A DNA stretch of 13,140 nt from Candidatus Micrarchaeaceae archaeon. GTDB taxonomy: Archaea; Micrarchaeota; Micrarchaeia; Micrarchaeales; Micrarchaeaceae. Below the pieces are notes generated by a model, which did no database searches, was not told the origin of the DNA, and saw nothing but the letters and a program-made list of their open reading frames with translations. Shown here one piece after another: positions 1 to 6,927 of this stretch (positions within the stretch are counted from its first letter, which is position 1; the number at the start of each line of letters is the position of its first letter). The stretch lies in contig JBEKES010000026.1 of NCBI GenBank assembly GCA_050013715.1, forward strand, positions 1 to 13,140. The letters are read 5' to 3'. Both the position numbers and the translations under genes were made by a program.

Positions 1-1
1 A

Positions 2-166
2 AATGGCAAGTACCAAGATGAAAAAGGCAACAGAGTAGATATTGTAACTTTGGAATGGGGAAATTTCGCAAAAGCTAATCCAGGCTTGGCAGAAATTTTA
101 GTGAATAATATCACTAATTTTATAGCACCGCCAAACTCTTTGCTCAGAGCTAAACCTAAATATTAA
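2..166 (+). CDS. 3' end of a hypothetical protein (truncated by window start)
   Basis: Manual translation of frame 2 is open from the window edge: NGKYQDEKGNRVDIVTLEWGNFAKANPGLAEILVNNITNFIAPPNSLLRAKPKY, with TAA at 164-166. Converges on the 198..566 gene. Confidence 0.65.
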   Translation, partial: NGKYQDEKGNRVDIVTLEWGNFAKANPGLAEILVNNITNFIAPPNSLLRAKPKY

Positions 167-197
167 ATCGTTGCTGCAAACATTATTTTTATTTGCT

Positions 198-566
198 TTA
201 TTGGGTTTTGGGTTTAGAAGATTCAGCTGAAATGACTTTTCTTAGTCCTCCCTTTTTTAGAATCTCGGTAACTTGATCTGAATTTAAATCAGTTGTATTG
301 CTTCCTTCCCTCTCTTGAATGCTTGTTGAAGGCTCACCTTCCTGCCTTGCCACACTATCATTAAAAGCAACATAATGTTTACCATCACAGTCAAATGCAA
401 CGTATCTCTTTATTGGCATATCCGGTATTATTTTGCCAGGATATACTGTGCAATTATCAACTTTAATTTCAGCGGTTTGCGCATTTGCTTTACTTTCCTG
501 TGCCCTCATCATCGAAACTGCAAGTAATGCAGTTACTGATACAGTTGCTAATCTCATTTTGTTCAT
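198..566 (-). CDS. hypothetical protein with putative N-terminal signal peptide
   Basis: 122 aa ORF with a basic N-terminus, a hydrophobic stretch (LATVSVTALLAVSMM) and an A-N-A candidate cleavage site. GTGA SD-like motif upstream (gtgagaaaATG). Confidence 0.7.
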   Translation of the reverse strand: MNKMRLATVSVTALLAVSMMRAQESKANAQTAEIKVDNCTVYPGKIIPDMPIKRYVAFDCDGKHYVAFNDSVARQEGEPSTSIQEREGSNTTDLNSDQVTEILKKGGLRKVISAESSKPKTQ

Positions 567-697
567 TTTCTCACTTTTTCTAAAAAATTCTATAGTTTAC
601 AAGATATATTAAGGTTTCGGAGTGCAATAAATTTATATGAAAAGATTAACTTAGCAGATAATTCTTAAACCTGCACTTCGCATATTATGTTGATGTT

Positions 698-964
698 ATG
701 TTAAGTGAAAACACTACAAAAATAATAAAAGAGGGAAGCATAAGGATAAAGGTCAAAAGGACAAGCATGCTTCAATTTCTTGTATTCAAGATCAAGAAAG
801 TTCCGTTCGGGAAAGACGATTACTACACAGAGCTTTTTGTTGACAGAGTACTTGACATGAGTGAACTTCAGAGAGTTGCAAACGAAACAGGATTACCCGT
901 AGAGGCAGAGAACGGCAAGGCGTTTCCTGAAGGAACAGGTGCAAAGGACTTCATGAACTTATGA
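698..964 (+). CDS. small hypothetical protein
   Basis: 88 aa ORF with globular composition. Its stop abuts the stop of the convergent 965..2707 gene. No family recognised. Confidence 0.75.
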   Translation: MLSENTTKIIKEGSIRIKVKRTSMLQFLVFKIKKVPFGKDDYYTELFVDRVLDMSELQRVANETGLPVEAENGKAFPEGTGAKDFMNL

Positions 965-2707
965 TCAGCTTACGTTGAAGTACCCGTTGGCTATCCTTGT
1001 CCTGTTATTGTAGGTATAATTCATTATAAGCATGTAGTTCTTTATCTCGCTTGTCGGTATGTTGAGCGCATTGCAGTGCATTGCAAGAGTGAGCGTCGAA
1101 TTAGAATTTATCGTATTTCCAACTGTAATATTCTTGAACCCTCCAGCAAGCTCGCAGTTTATCTGGTTTATTCTAATGCTTGAATTGAAAAGATTGGTTA
1201 TGTTTGCTGTTGCGTTGCCCGTGGTTGCATTGAACGATACGAACTTGCAGGGCAATGAATCATTTTCCAGCGTGCACTCGTTCTTGAACGGGCTTAGCCA
1301 TTGACCTGATATTGCATTGACGCCCAACGCTTCGATCAGCTTTGCTCCGTTTTCATGAGCAGCCACAAGGCTCGAGCTGTTCACCAATGAGTATAGGTTG
1401 AATATGTAGTTAGAAGTAACATAGGTCGTATTCACAAACCCGTAGGGAAGATTTACGGAATAGTTTATTGCAGGTATCAGATACGAGCATATGCTCGTGT
1501 TCGTCTTGGTATTATTGTAGATAAGTCCATAGCAAGTGAAGTTTATGCCGTTTATGCTCAATGGCGAATGAAGCTTGTCTATGCTTGAGCTGAAAATGCC
1601 GAAATCATTCTGGAAGAGGTTTGTAGCAGTTAGGTTCAGCTTTGAATAGCTGAGAAGCAATCCGGTAGTTGTGCTGTTCGTGTATACGAACCCGTTCTGG
1701 TAACGGGCCAGCTTGCTGTCATTTTTCAATATGCCCACAAGTACCTGGCTCATGTTTGATTGGTAGGATTTACGCACTAGGTCGAGACATGTTGCATTGG
1801 TGCTTGAAACCTTATTAGTAATTATTACACTGTTTGAATTAATTGCATTGGTGGTGTTTACTATAATTGTTGAGTTGTCATAGGTGTATATCTTTGTCCA
1901 TCCCTGATCATAGTAGAAGCACATGCTCGTGTTGTTGTCTAATTTCGCATAGGTTACGTTGTTTGATGATTGAGCATTTTTTATCCCGAAGCTATTTATT
2001 ATTATTTTAACAGCAGCAGGATCTACGGTTCCCTGTAGCCATGAAGTATAGGCAACGCTTTTGTTGTTGTATTGTATGTATGCACCGTTGGCCTTGGCTA
2101 TGTAGCCGAACAAATCAGCATACATTCTTAACGGAACAGATCCTCCTGGCCCAATGATGTAGCCGAATTGTGCTATGTCGTATTTGCTGCGGATTTCAGC
2201 AGCATCTGCTGCACCTGTTCCCGTAACGGTAAAGCTTTGGGTGTTATTTATGTTGTTGACAGGAAGCGCATTGTAGATGTTTGCATTTTCAGGAGCGGAT
2301 ATGTTAATTGTGATCGAGCTTTGCAGACTTGTCCTGTTTTTCACGCTGAGCAAGTGTCCCGGATCCGCAATTGCCTGGAAATAAAAGTTGCCGGGCTCTT
2401 GGTAGGTATAATTCCTTATGAGCAATACGCTTTCCTTTGAGGGAAGTGTTATGGTATTGGTGCTTATTTGAACTCCATTGAGATAGAATCCAAAAAGCAG
2501 ATTGCTTACCGGGCTTGTGCCTTCGTTTGTGACGTTTATTATGAAGTGCGATGTTTGGTAGGGATAGGTTGCGTTGCCGTAATTTGATAATGTTACAGAT
2601 AAATTAGGAGTGGATGTTATGAATCCGCCCTTGAGTATGAATAGAGCCACAGCAATAACCACAACAGCTATTATTACATAAATTACTATTTCCTTGTAAT
2701 CAACCAT
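965..2707 (-). CDS. membrane-anchored surface glycoprotein with N-terminal CARDB/Ig-like domain
   Basis: 580 aa. N-terminal TM helix (IVIYVIIAVVVIAVALFIL), CARDB-like pattern (PNLSV...VTNEGT...FYLNG...PGNFYFQAIADP), Asn/Thr/Ser-rich, about 34 N-X-S/T sequons by manual count, several Cys. Confidence 0.8.
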   Translation of the reverse strand: MVDYKEIVIYVIIAVVVIAVALFILKGGFITSTPNLSVTLSNYGNATYPYQTSHFIINVTNEGTSPVSNLLFGFYLNGVQISTNTITLPSKESVLLIRNYTYQEPGNFYFQAIADPGHLLSVKNRTSLQSSITINISAPENANIYNALPVNNINNTQSFTVTGTGAADAAEIRSKYDIAQFGYIIGPGGSVPLRMYADLFGYIAKANGAYIQYNNKSVAYTSWLQGTVDPAAVKIIINSFGIKNAQSSNNVTYAKLDNNTSMCFYYDQGWTKIYTYDNSTIIVNTTNAINSNSVIITNKVSSTNATCLDLVRKSYQSNMSQVLVGILKNDSKLARYQNGFVYTNSTTTGLLLSYSKLNLTATNLFQNDFGIFSSSIDKLHSPLSINGINFTCYGLIYNNTKTNTSICSYLIPAINYSVNLPYGFVNTTYVTSNYIFNLYSLVNSSSLVAAHENGAKLIEALGVNAISGQWLSPFKNECTLENDSLPCKFVSFNATTGNATANITNLFNSSIRINQINCELAGGFKNITVGNTINSNSTLTLAMHCNALNIPTSEIKNYMLIMNYTYNNRTRIANGYFNVS

Positions 2708-2711
2708 TAGA

Positions 2712-3170
2712 TCATCTTGTCTTCAGTTCTTTTATTGCGGTTTTGAGCTTCTCCTTTATGGGATTCACCTGGGAATCAAGATAGTTGCTTATCCAGGTAT
2801 CGGCATCGTATCTGTCACCGATGTCAGGACCCACGAGATAGTATTTACCCTTTGAATTATTAACTGTATTTGTTTTCTTCAGTTGGAGCAAATGGTACCT
2901 CAGTGTTTTCTCGTTTATTGGGCTCCAGGTCCTGTTTATGTAGTCCATTATTTCCTCAACGCTTGCTTCCTTCTTCTCGTTGAATTGAAAATACAGTATA
3001 GCATCGAATACGGAAATGGCGGTAAGCCTTGACTCGCCAGGGCTTATTATGCCAAGGGAAAGCGCAAGCCATCTTACAATGGACCTTCTTGTTTCCAATA
3101 CTTCCTTGGTTATACGGACATCCCTGAAAGTAAACTCGCTCTCTATTAATTTCGATTCATTTACTTCCAC
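2712..3170 (-). CDS. winged helix-turn-helix domain protein, putative transcriptional regulator
   Basis: 152 aa, GTG start with GGTG SD. Segment ASVEEIMDYI...INEKTLRYHLLQLKKTNTVNNSKGKYYL fits a wHTH recognition helix plus wing. Confidence 0.65.
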   Translation of the reverse strand: MEVNESKLIESEFTFRDVRITKEVLETRRSIVRWLALSLGIISPGESRLTAISVFDAILYFQFNEKKEASVEEIMDYINRTWSPINEKTLRYHLLQLKKTNTVNNSKGKYYLVGPDIGDRYDADTWISNYLDSQVNPIKEKLKTAIKELKTR

Positions 3171-3257
3171 TTAAGCACCAGGCAAAACAGTTCCTAATCT
3201 AATTTAGCAAATATGTATTTATTAGTATTCGTGTAATTAACTAAAACAGTGATTTTC

Positions 3258-3614
3258 ATGGCAACCTCAAAATTAGAGACAAAATTTGAACCCGCAGTTT
3301 TAAAGGCGAACAAGAGAAACGAGACGACAATGCATCTTTCGCTGGCCTCAGGCGACCAGAAGGTTTACTGGTGCGAATGCGACATATTGGTAAGCCCTCC
3401 GCTTTCCCTTGCCCATGACAAGGAGCTCAACATTGGAAGGACAAGGATTGGAATATTAAAACCCAACAAAAAGATAGACAAACAAATAAAATTATACACA
3501 ATGCCCAACAATTTCCCCGATTTCTACCAGATAAACATAACAGTATACTTGTACGATGAAGATGGGGTAATTGCCGAGCGAGTGGAGCAAAGCGAGAGCA
3601 TAAAATGCGAATGA
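3258..3614 (+). CDS. hypothetical protein, predicted beta-sandwich (Ig-like)
   Basis: The track starts at GTG 3249, but that GTGA looks like the SD for ATG 3258. Alternating hydrophobic beta-strand pattern, no signal peptide. Fold call is inference. Confidence 0.65.
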   Translation: MATSKLETKFEPAVLKANKRNETTMHLSLASGDQKVYWCECDILVSPPLSLAHDKELNIGRTRIGILKPNKKIDKQIKLYTMPNNFPDFYQINITVYLYDEDGVIAERVEQSESIKCE

Positions 3615-3618
3615 TGAA

Positions 3619-3843
3619 ATGCCGAAAACCTACAGGATAAGCAAGGGAGACGAGTATCTTATTGTTACAATAGATGATGGAGGAGCATACATCATAAAGG
3701 ACAGGGCAGGAAGAAAGGTATTCTTCTCAAAGTACCAAGCCGAGCTAATGAAATTCGGAATTGAGAACATTCTAAAGAGCGCGTTCGATGACGTTGATGA
3801 AAAGGACATAAAAGTTGAGGAATTGAAAGATAATCAGACGTAG
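3619..3843 (+). CDS. small hypothetical protein
   Basis: 74 aa ORF starting 4 nt after the previous stop, so probably co-transcribed. Several beta-strands, then a helix and an acidic tail. Confidence 0.7.
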   Translation: MPKTYRISKGDEYLIVTIDDGGAYIIKDRAGRKVFFSKYQAELMKFGIENILKSAFDDVDEKDIKVEELKDNQT

Positions 3844-4150
3844 TATTGCCACAACAAATACCGAACAATCCTACTGAACAATAATATCAATTATAATGTC
3901 CTGATATAATTTTCCTTAATTTTAGCTAAAGGCGTCCTAGTAGCTGGTCCCTGCTGTCTTCCTTTCCTTAAGACCAACAAATACCTGCAATTCATGTCCC
4001 TTAGTATTTTTGTTCTTCGGTGCGGGTTTTTACTCTCGGAAACAATCCTGTTTGGCTGGCCATTTGCATCCTAACTTTAGAATACTTCAAAGCAAAAGCT
4101 TAAATCTGTTCCTTTGTTGAGATTTTTAGTGCAATTAAAATCAAAACATT

Positions 4151-4173
4151 ATTTGTATACAAATGTTTATAAA
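4151..4173 (+). promoter_or_regulatory. vapBC promoter: palindromic operator plus TATA box
   Basis: Perfect 14-bp palindrome ATTTGTATACAAAT (4151-4164) next to TATA-like TTTATAAA (4166-4173), about 30 nt before ATG 4205. Confidence 0.6.
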
Positions 4174-4204
4174 TGTTTACATTCATAAATTAATTGGTTA
4201 TAAT

Positions 4205-4438
4205 ATGGAGAGCATAGTAATAAGTTTCAGGATTACGAAAGATATGAAATCTAAACTAGAAAGAGAAGGAATAAATGTAGAAAAAACAGTTAAAGAGTTT
4301 CTTGCACAAAAAGCATCGCAGATAGAGCTAAAGAAAACCATAGACAAATTAACGCACATTGTAGAAAAGAGAGTAAAGCCATCAAAGAAAGGATTTGCTG
4401 TAAAATCCATTAGAGCTGATAGAGATGTTGCTCATTGA
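4205..4438 (+). CDS. vapB: VapB-type antitoxin (ribbon-helix-helix)
   Basis: 77 aa from ATG 4205, preferred over 4163, which lies within the promoter. RHH-like N-terminus (SIVISFRITKDMKSKL...INV), C-terminal AVKSIRADRD typical of archaeal VapB, 14-nt overlap with the PIN gene. Confidence 0.8.
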   Translation: MESIVISFRITKDMKSKLEREGINVEKTVKEFLAQKASQIELKKTIDKLTHIVEKRVKPSKKGFAVKSIRADRDVAH

Positions 4439-4811
4439 TTCATCTGCAGTTGTGAAATTCTTTTCAAAAGAACCAGGATGGGAAAATGTTAGAGAACATA
4501 TAGCAGAAGCATTAACCATACATTTGGCAATAATAGAATTATCAAGTGCATTATCAAAAAAATTTCTTAAAGGTGAAATAGAAGAGAACACAGCATTAGA
4601 AATACTTGAGGAATATTCAGAAAAGGCGATTTTGCTTGATGAAAGATCATACATAAATTCTGCTTTTAAGCTATCAACTAGTAAGAACATTACGATATAC
4701 GATAGTTTTTTCATTGCTGCAGCATTACAAGAAGGATGTGCTCTAGTATCTTGTGATGAAAAACAGATTAAGGTAGCAAAAGCTCTTGGAATTAAAGTAG
4801 TAAATTGTTAA
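4425..4811 (+). CDS. vapC: VapC-type PIN domain ribonuclease toxin
   Basis: 128 aa with PIN acidic residues: LIDSS, AIIE, IYDSFFIAAA, LVSCD. Confidence 0.92.
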   Translation: MLLIDSSAVVKFFSKEPGWENVREHIAEALTIHLAIIELSSALSKKFLKGEIEENTALEILEEYSEKAILLDERSYINSAFKLSTSKNITIYDSFFIAAALQEGCALVSCDEKQIKVAKALGIKVVNC

Positions 4812-4820
4812 AGCTAATTA

Positions 4821-4985
4821 TTACTTTTTCTTTACCCTATTTTCCTTTGGATTCAGTTTCCTTTTAAGTATTATTGCATTCTTGTAGCATCGGTTCGAGC
4901 AGAAATAATTAATCGTGCCTATCTTGAATACGTACATCATTCCCGTTCCTTTCTTTATTTCGTTTGAGCAATAAGTACACTTCAT
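4821..4985 (-). CDS. rpl24e: 50S ribosomal protein L24e (eL24)
   Basis: Not in the ORF track. Manual translation MKCTYCSNEIKKGTGMMYVFKIGTINYFCSNRCYKNAIILKRKLNPKENRVKKK* shows the CxxC...GTG.MYV...FCSxxC zinc-binding signature. Canonical position after rps28e. Confidence 0.95.
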   Translation of the reverse strand: MKCTYCSNEIKKGTGMMYVFKIGTINYFCSNRCYKNAIILKRKLNPKENRVKKK

Positions 4986-4995
4986 CCAATTACCT

Positions 4996-5244
4996 TTACT
5001 TTACCTTTATTTCCCTTGCTTCCCTGCTTGTGTCCGGCAATCTTATTACATCTCCAATTTTTATAGGACCGAGAACATTCCTTCTTATTATTCTTCCTCT
5101 GTCATTGCCTTCGAGTATTTTGCATGAGATTGAATAGATTTCGCCAGATATTCCAGTCTTTGCCTTCCTGTTTACACTGACAATCTCTGCAAGGAAACCC
5201 GCGAATTGCGGTTTCTGCTGTTGCACTGGTTGTTCATCTGGCAT
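4996..5244 (-). CDS. rps28e: 30S ribosomal protein S28e (eS28)
   Basis: KTG..GE...CKILEGNDRGRIIRRNVLGPIKIGD...REAR motif. Synteny with rpl7ae and rpl24e. Confidence 0.96.
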   Translation of the reverse strand: MPDEQPVQQQKPQFAGFLAEIVSVNRKAKTGISGEIYSISCKILEGNDRGRIIRRNVLGPIKIGDVIRLPDTSREAREIKVK

Positions 5245-5255
5245 TCAAATCAACA

Positions 5256-5735
5256 TTATTCTTCGCTTGAATCTTCTTCTTTCTTTTCTTCAATTTTCTT
5301 GTCATGCTCTTTTTGAACTTTTGGCTTTGCCTCCTTTGGCTTTTCCTCGTGCTTTGGTGCACTTGATGGTGCTGATGTTCCTGTTATTTTAGAGGTTATG
5401 TCCTTTATTGCGTTTGCCGCTGTTCCTGCATTTTCAACTGCGAGTGCAGTGCATGGCACATTCATCCCTATTGACTTTCCAAGATCTGCCTTGCTTGGAA
5501 CATATGAGTATGGTATTTTCTTCTGCTCGCATAGGCTTGGCAGGTGTATTACTACTTCTTCTGGCTCTACGTCGCCAGCTATTACCACAAACGATGCTAA
5601 TCCGCGCTCTACGCTTTTCGTGACTTCGTTAGCTCCTTTCCTAACTGTTCCTGTTTGCTTTGCCAGCTGCAATGCTTCGTAGGTCTTAGACACTACATCG
5701 TTAGATACCTCAAACTTTACATAAGATTTTGCCAT
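5256..5735 (-). CDS. rpl7ae: 50S ribosomal protein L7Ae (eL8) with Lys/Glu-rich C-terminal extension
   Basis: SYVKFEV...VRKGANEVTKSVERG...IAGDVEPEEVVIHLPSLCEQKKIPY signature. Start placed at ATG 5735 because the track's GTG 5744 is part of the GGTG SD. Confidence 0.97.
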   Translation of the reverse strand: MAKSYVKFEVSNDVVSKTYEALQLAKQTGTVRKGANEVTKSVERGLASFVVIAGDVEPEEVVIHLPSLCEQKKIPYSYVPSKADLGKSIGMNVPCTALAVENAGTAANAIKDITSKITGTSAPSSAPKHEEKPKEAKPKVQKEHDKKIEEKKEEDSSEE

Positions 5736-5739
5736 AGAT

Positions 5740-5769
5740 AACACCGTCAGTTTTACTTCATCCAGTATT
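5740..5769 (-). promoter_or_regulatory. kink-turn in rpl7ae 5' UTR (L7Ae autoregulatory site) overlapping the SD
   Basis: RNA reads AAUACUG-GAU-GA-AG-UAAAA-CU-GA-CGGUGUU: 7-bp C-stem with two G-U pairs, 3-nt bulge GAU, tandem G.A/A.G pairs, short NC-stem. The GGUG SD is in the C-stem. Confidence 0.85.
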
Positions 5770-5825
5770 TTCTTTTCAGAAAAAAGAATACTCTGAAAGT
5801 ATTGATATTAGATTAATTGTTAATT

Positions 5826-5833
5826 TATTTAAA
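5826..5833 (-). promoter_or_regulatory. TATA box of the rpl7ae-rps28e-rpl24e operon
   Basis: Minus-strand TTTAAATA. Standard archaeal spacing predicts a TSS near 5803, where the structured leader begins. Confidence 0.55.
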
Positions 5834-5899
5834 GCTTGCTGTTGGGGTGCATTTACGGCACAATTGCACTTTTTGGTGAATTTAGGCATTTTCTGGCAA

Positions 5900-6622
5900 T
5901 TACCCTATTCTTTCGCTTACGGTATATCCCAATGGCACTATATGCGAGAAATCATTTACAGTTATTATGTGCCAGCCTGGATGCCTTTGATGAAGCGTGT
6001 ATCTTATTTGGGTTATTGAACAATTAGCTATTGCAATCTTGTAGGTAAGCGCAGGATCAGATTTCATTATAGCCATTAAAAGGCATTTTGTTGCATAGCC
6101 ATGTCCAAATACGCCAACATTAATTGATTCTTTCAAATTTTCAAGTTTTGCAAATGTTATTCTTTCAATAAATTCATACATTCTTTTCGAGACATCTTTT
6201 TGAGATTCACCATTTGGTGGCCTAAAAGTTAGAGGATTTGCCCTTATTTCGCTGAGCATTTCTGGTGTATGCACTTTTGCACGTTCCTTGCCCTGCCAAT
6301 CTCCCTCGTCTATTTCCTGTATTTGATCGTTGCTTTCTATTTTTCCTTTAAATCCCGTAATCTGCGCAACTATATTTGCAGTGTGCATTGTCCTTACTGC
6401 AGGAGAAGCATATATATAATCAAAGAATATTTCTTCCCTTAGTAGTCTTTCGCCCAATGCATTTGCTTGAAGAACACCCCTTTCAGAAAGTGGTGTTGAA
6501 TTTGTTCTCCCACCTATGTGAGTGCGGTTTGCGTTTAAAGGTGTTTCACCATGCCTTAGCAAATAAGTATTGACATATTTTGGTTCGTCGGTTTTTGTTG
6601 ATTCTAATTTTGGTTTTTGCAT
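5900..6622 (-). CDS. histidine phosphatase superfamily protein (phosphoglycerate mutase-like, branch 1)
   Basis: LRHGET catalytic motif, SPAVRT, QEIDEGDWQG, PNGES, second His in FGHG, NCSIT and VNDFSH. Substrate cannot be assigned. Confidence 0.93.
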   Translation of the reverse strand: MQKPKLESTKTDEPKYVNTYLLRHGETPLNANRTHIGGRTNSTPLSERGVLQANALGERLLREEIFFDYIYASPAVRTMHTANIVAQITGFKGKIESNDQIQEIDEGDWQGKERAKVHTPEMLSEIRANPLTFRPPNGESQKDVSKRMYEFIERITFAKLENLKESINVGVFGHGYATKCLLMAIMKSDPALTYKIAIANCSITQIRYTLHQRHPGWHIITVNDFSHIVPLGYTVSERIG

Positions 6623-6626
6623 TTTC

Positions 6627-6923
6627 TCACGTAATTCTACGCTTACCTCCGTCTGGATATTCTATATAAACTTGATCCTGTATCCCAAAATAGGACTGCC
6701 CACCAGATGAACTTGAGGGTTGACTGATTTCCAGTTCTTTTAATCGTTCTTTGGCGGCATCGAAAGCTTCTTTATCAGTAGGGTATGAACCAGATAGTGG
6801 GTACCATTCTGATGAAAATGTATCATACCCAACTAATTTGTATTGATTCTTTTCAGTTGTTTGAGGATGTGTTTCGTGCCTCAATTTCAAATCAGTTTTT
6901 GTCGCTTTAGGTTTTGTTTTCAT
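6627..6923 (-). CDS. hypothetical protein
   Basis: 98 aa ORF with GGTGA SD and 4-nt gaps to both neighbours, consistent with an operon. Confidence 0.8.
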   Translation of the reverse strand: MKTKPKATKTDLKLRHETHPQTTEKNQYKLVGYDTFSSEWYPLSGSYPTDKEAFDAAKERLKELEISQPSSSSGGQSYFGIQDQVYIEYPDGGKRRIT

Positions 6924-6927
6924 CTTA

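Noticed and set aside
962..967. TGATCA palindrome at abutting convergent stop codons
   Set aside because: Just two TGA stops back to back.
1059..2440. Plus-strand ORFs 1059..1304 and 2168..2440
   Set aside because: Antisense shadows inside the 580 aa surface protein gene, with no motifs.
4163..4204. Longer 91 aa start for the antitoxin
   Set aside because: The extension overlaps the operator and TATA box. The RHH strand begins right after ATG 4205.
4198..4714. Minus-strand ORFs 4198..4410 and 4382..4714
   Set aside because: Antisense to well-supported vapB and vapC.
5398..6573. Plus-strand ORFs 5398..5682, 5408..5623, 5836..6027 and 6376..6573
   Set aside because: Antisense to rpl7ae or the histidine phosphatase, with no recognisable features.
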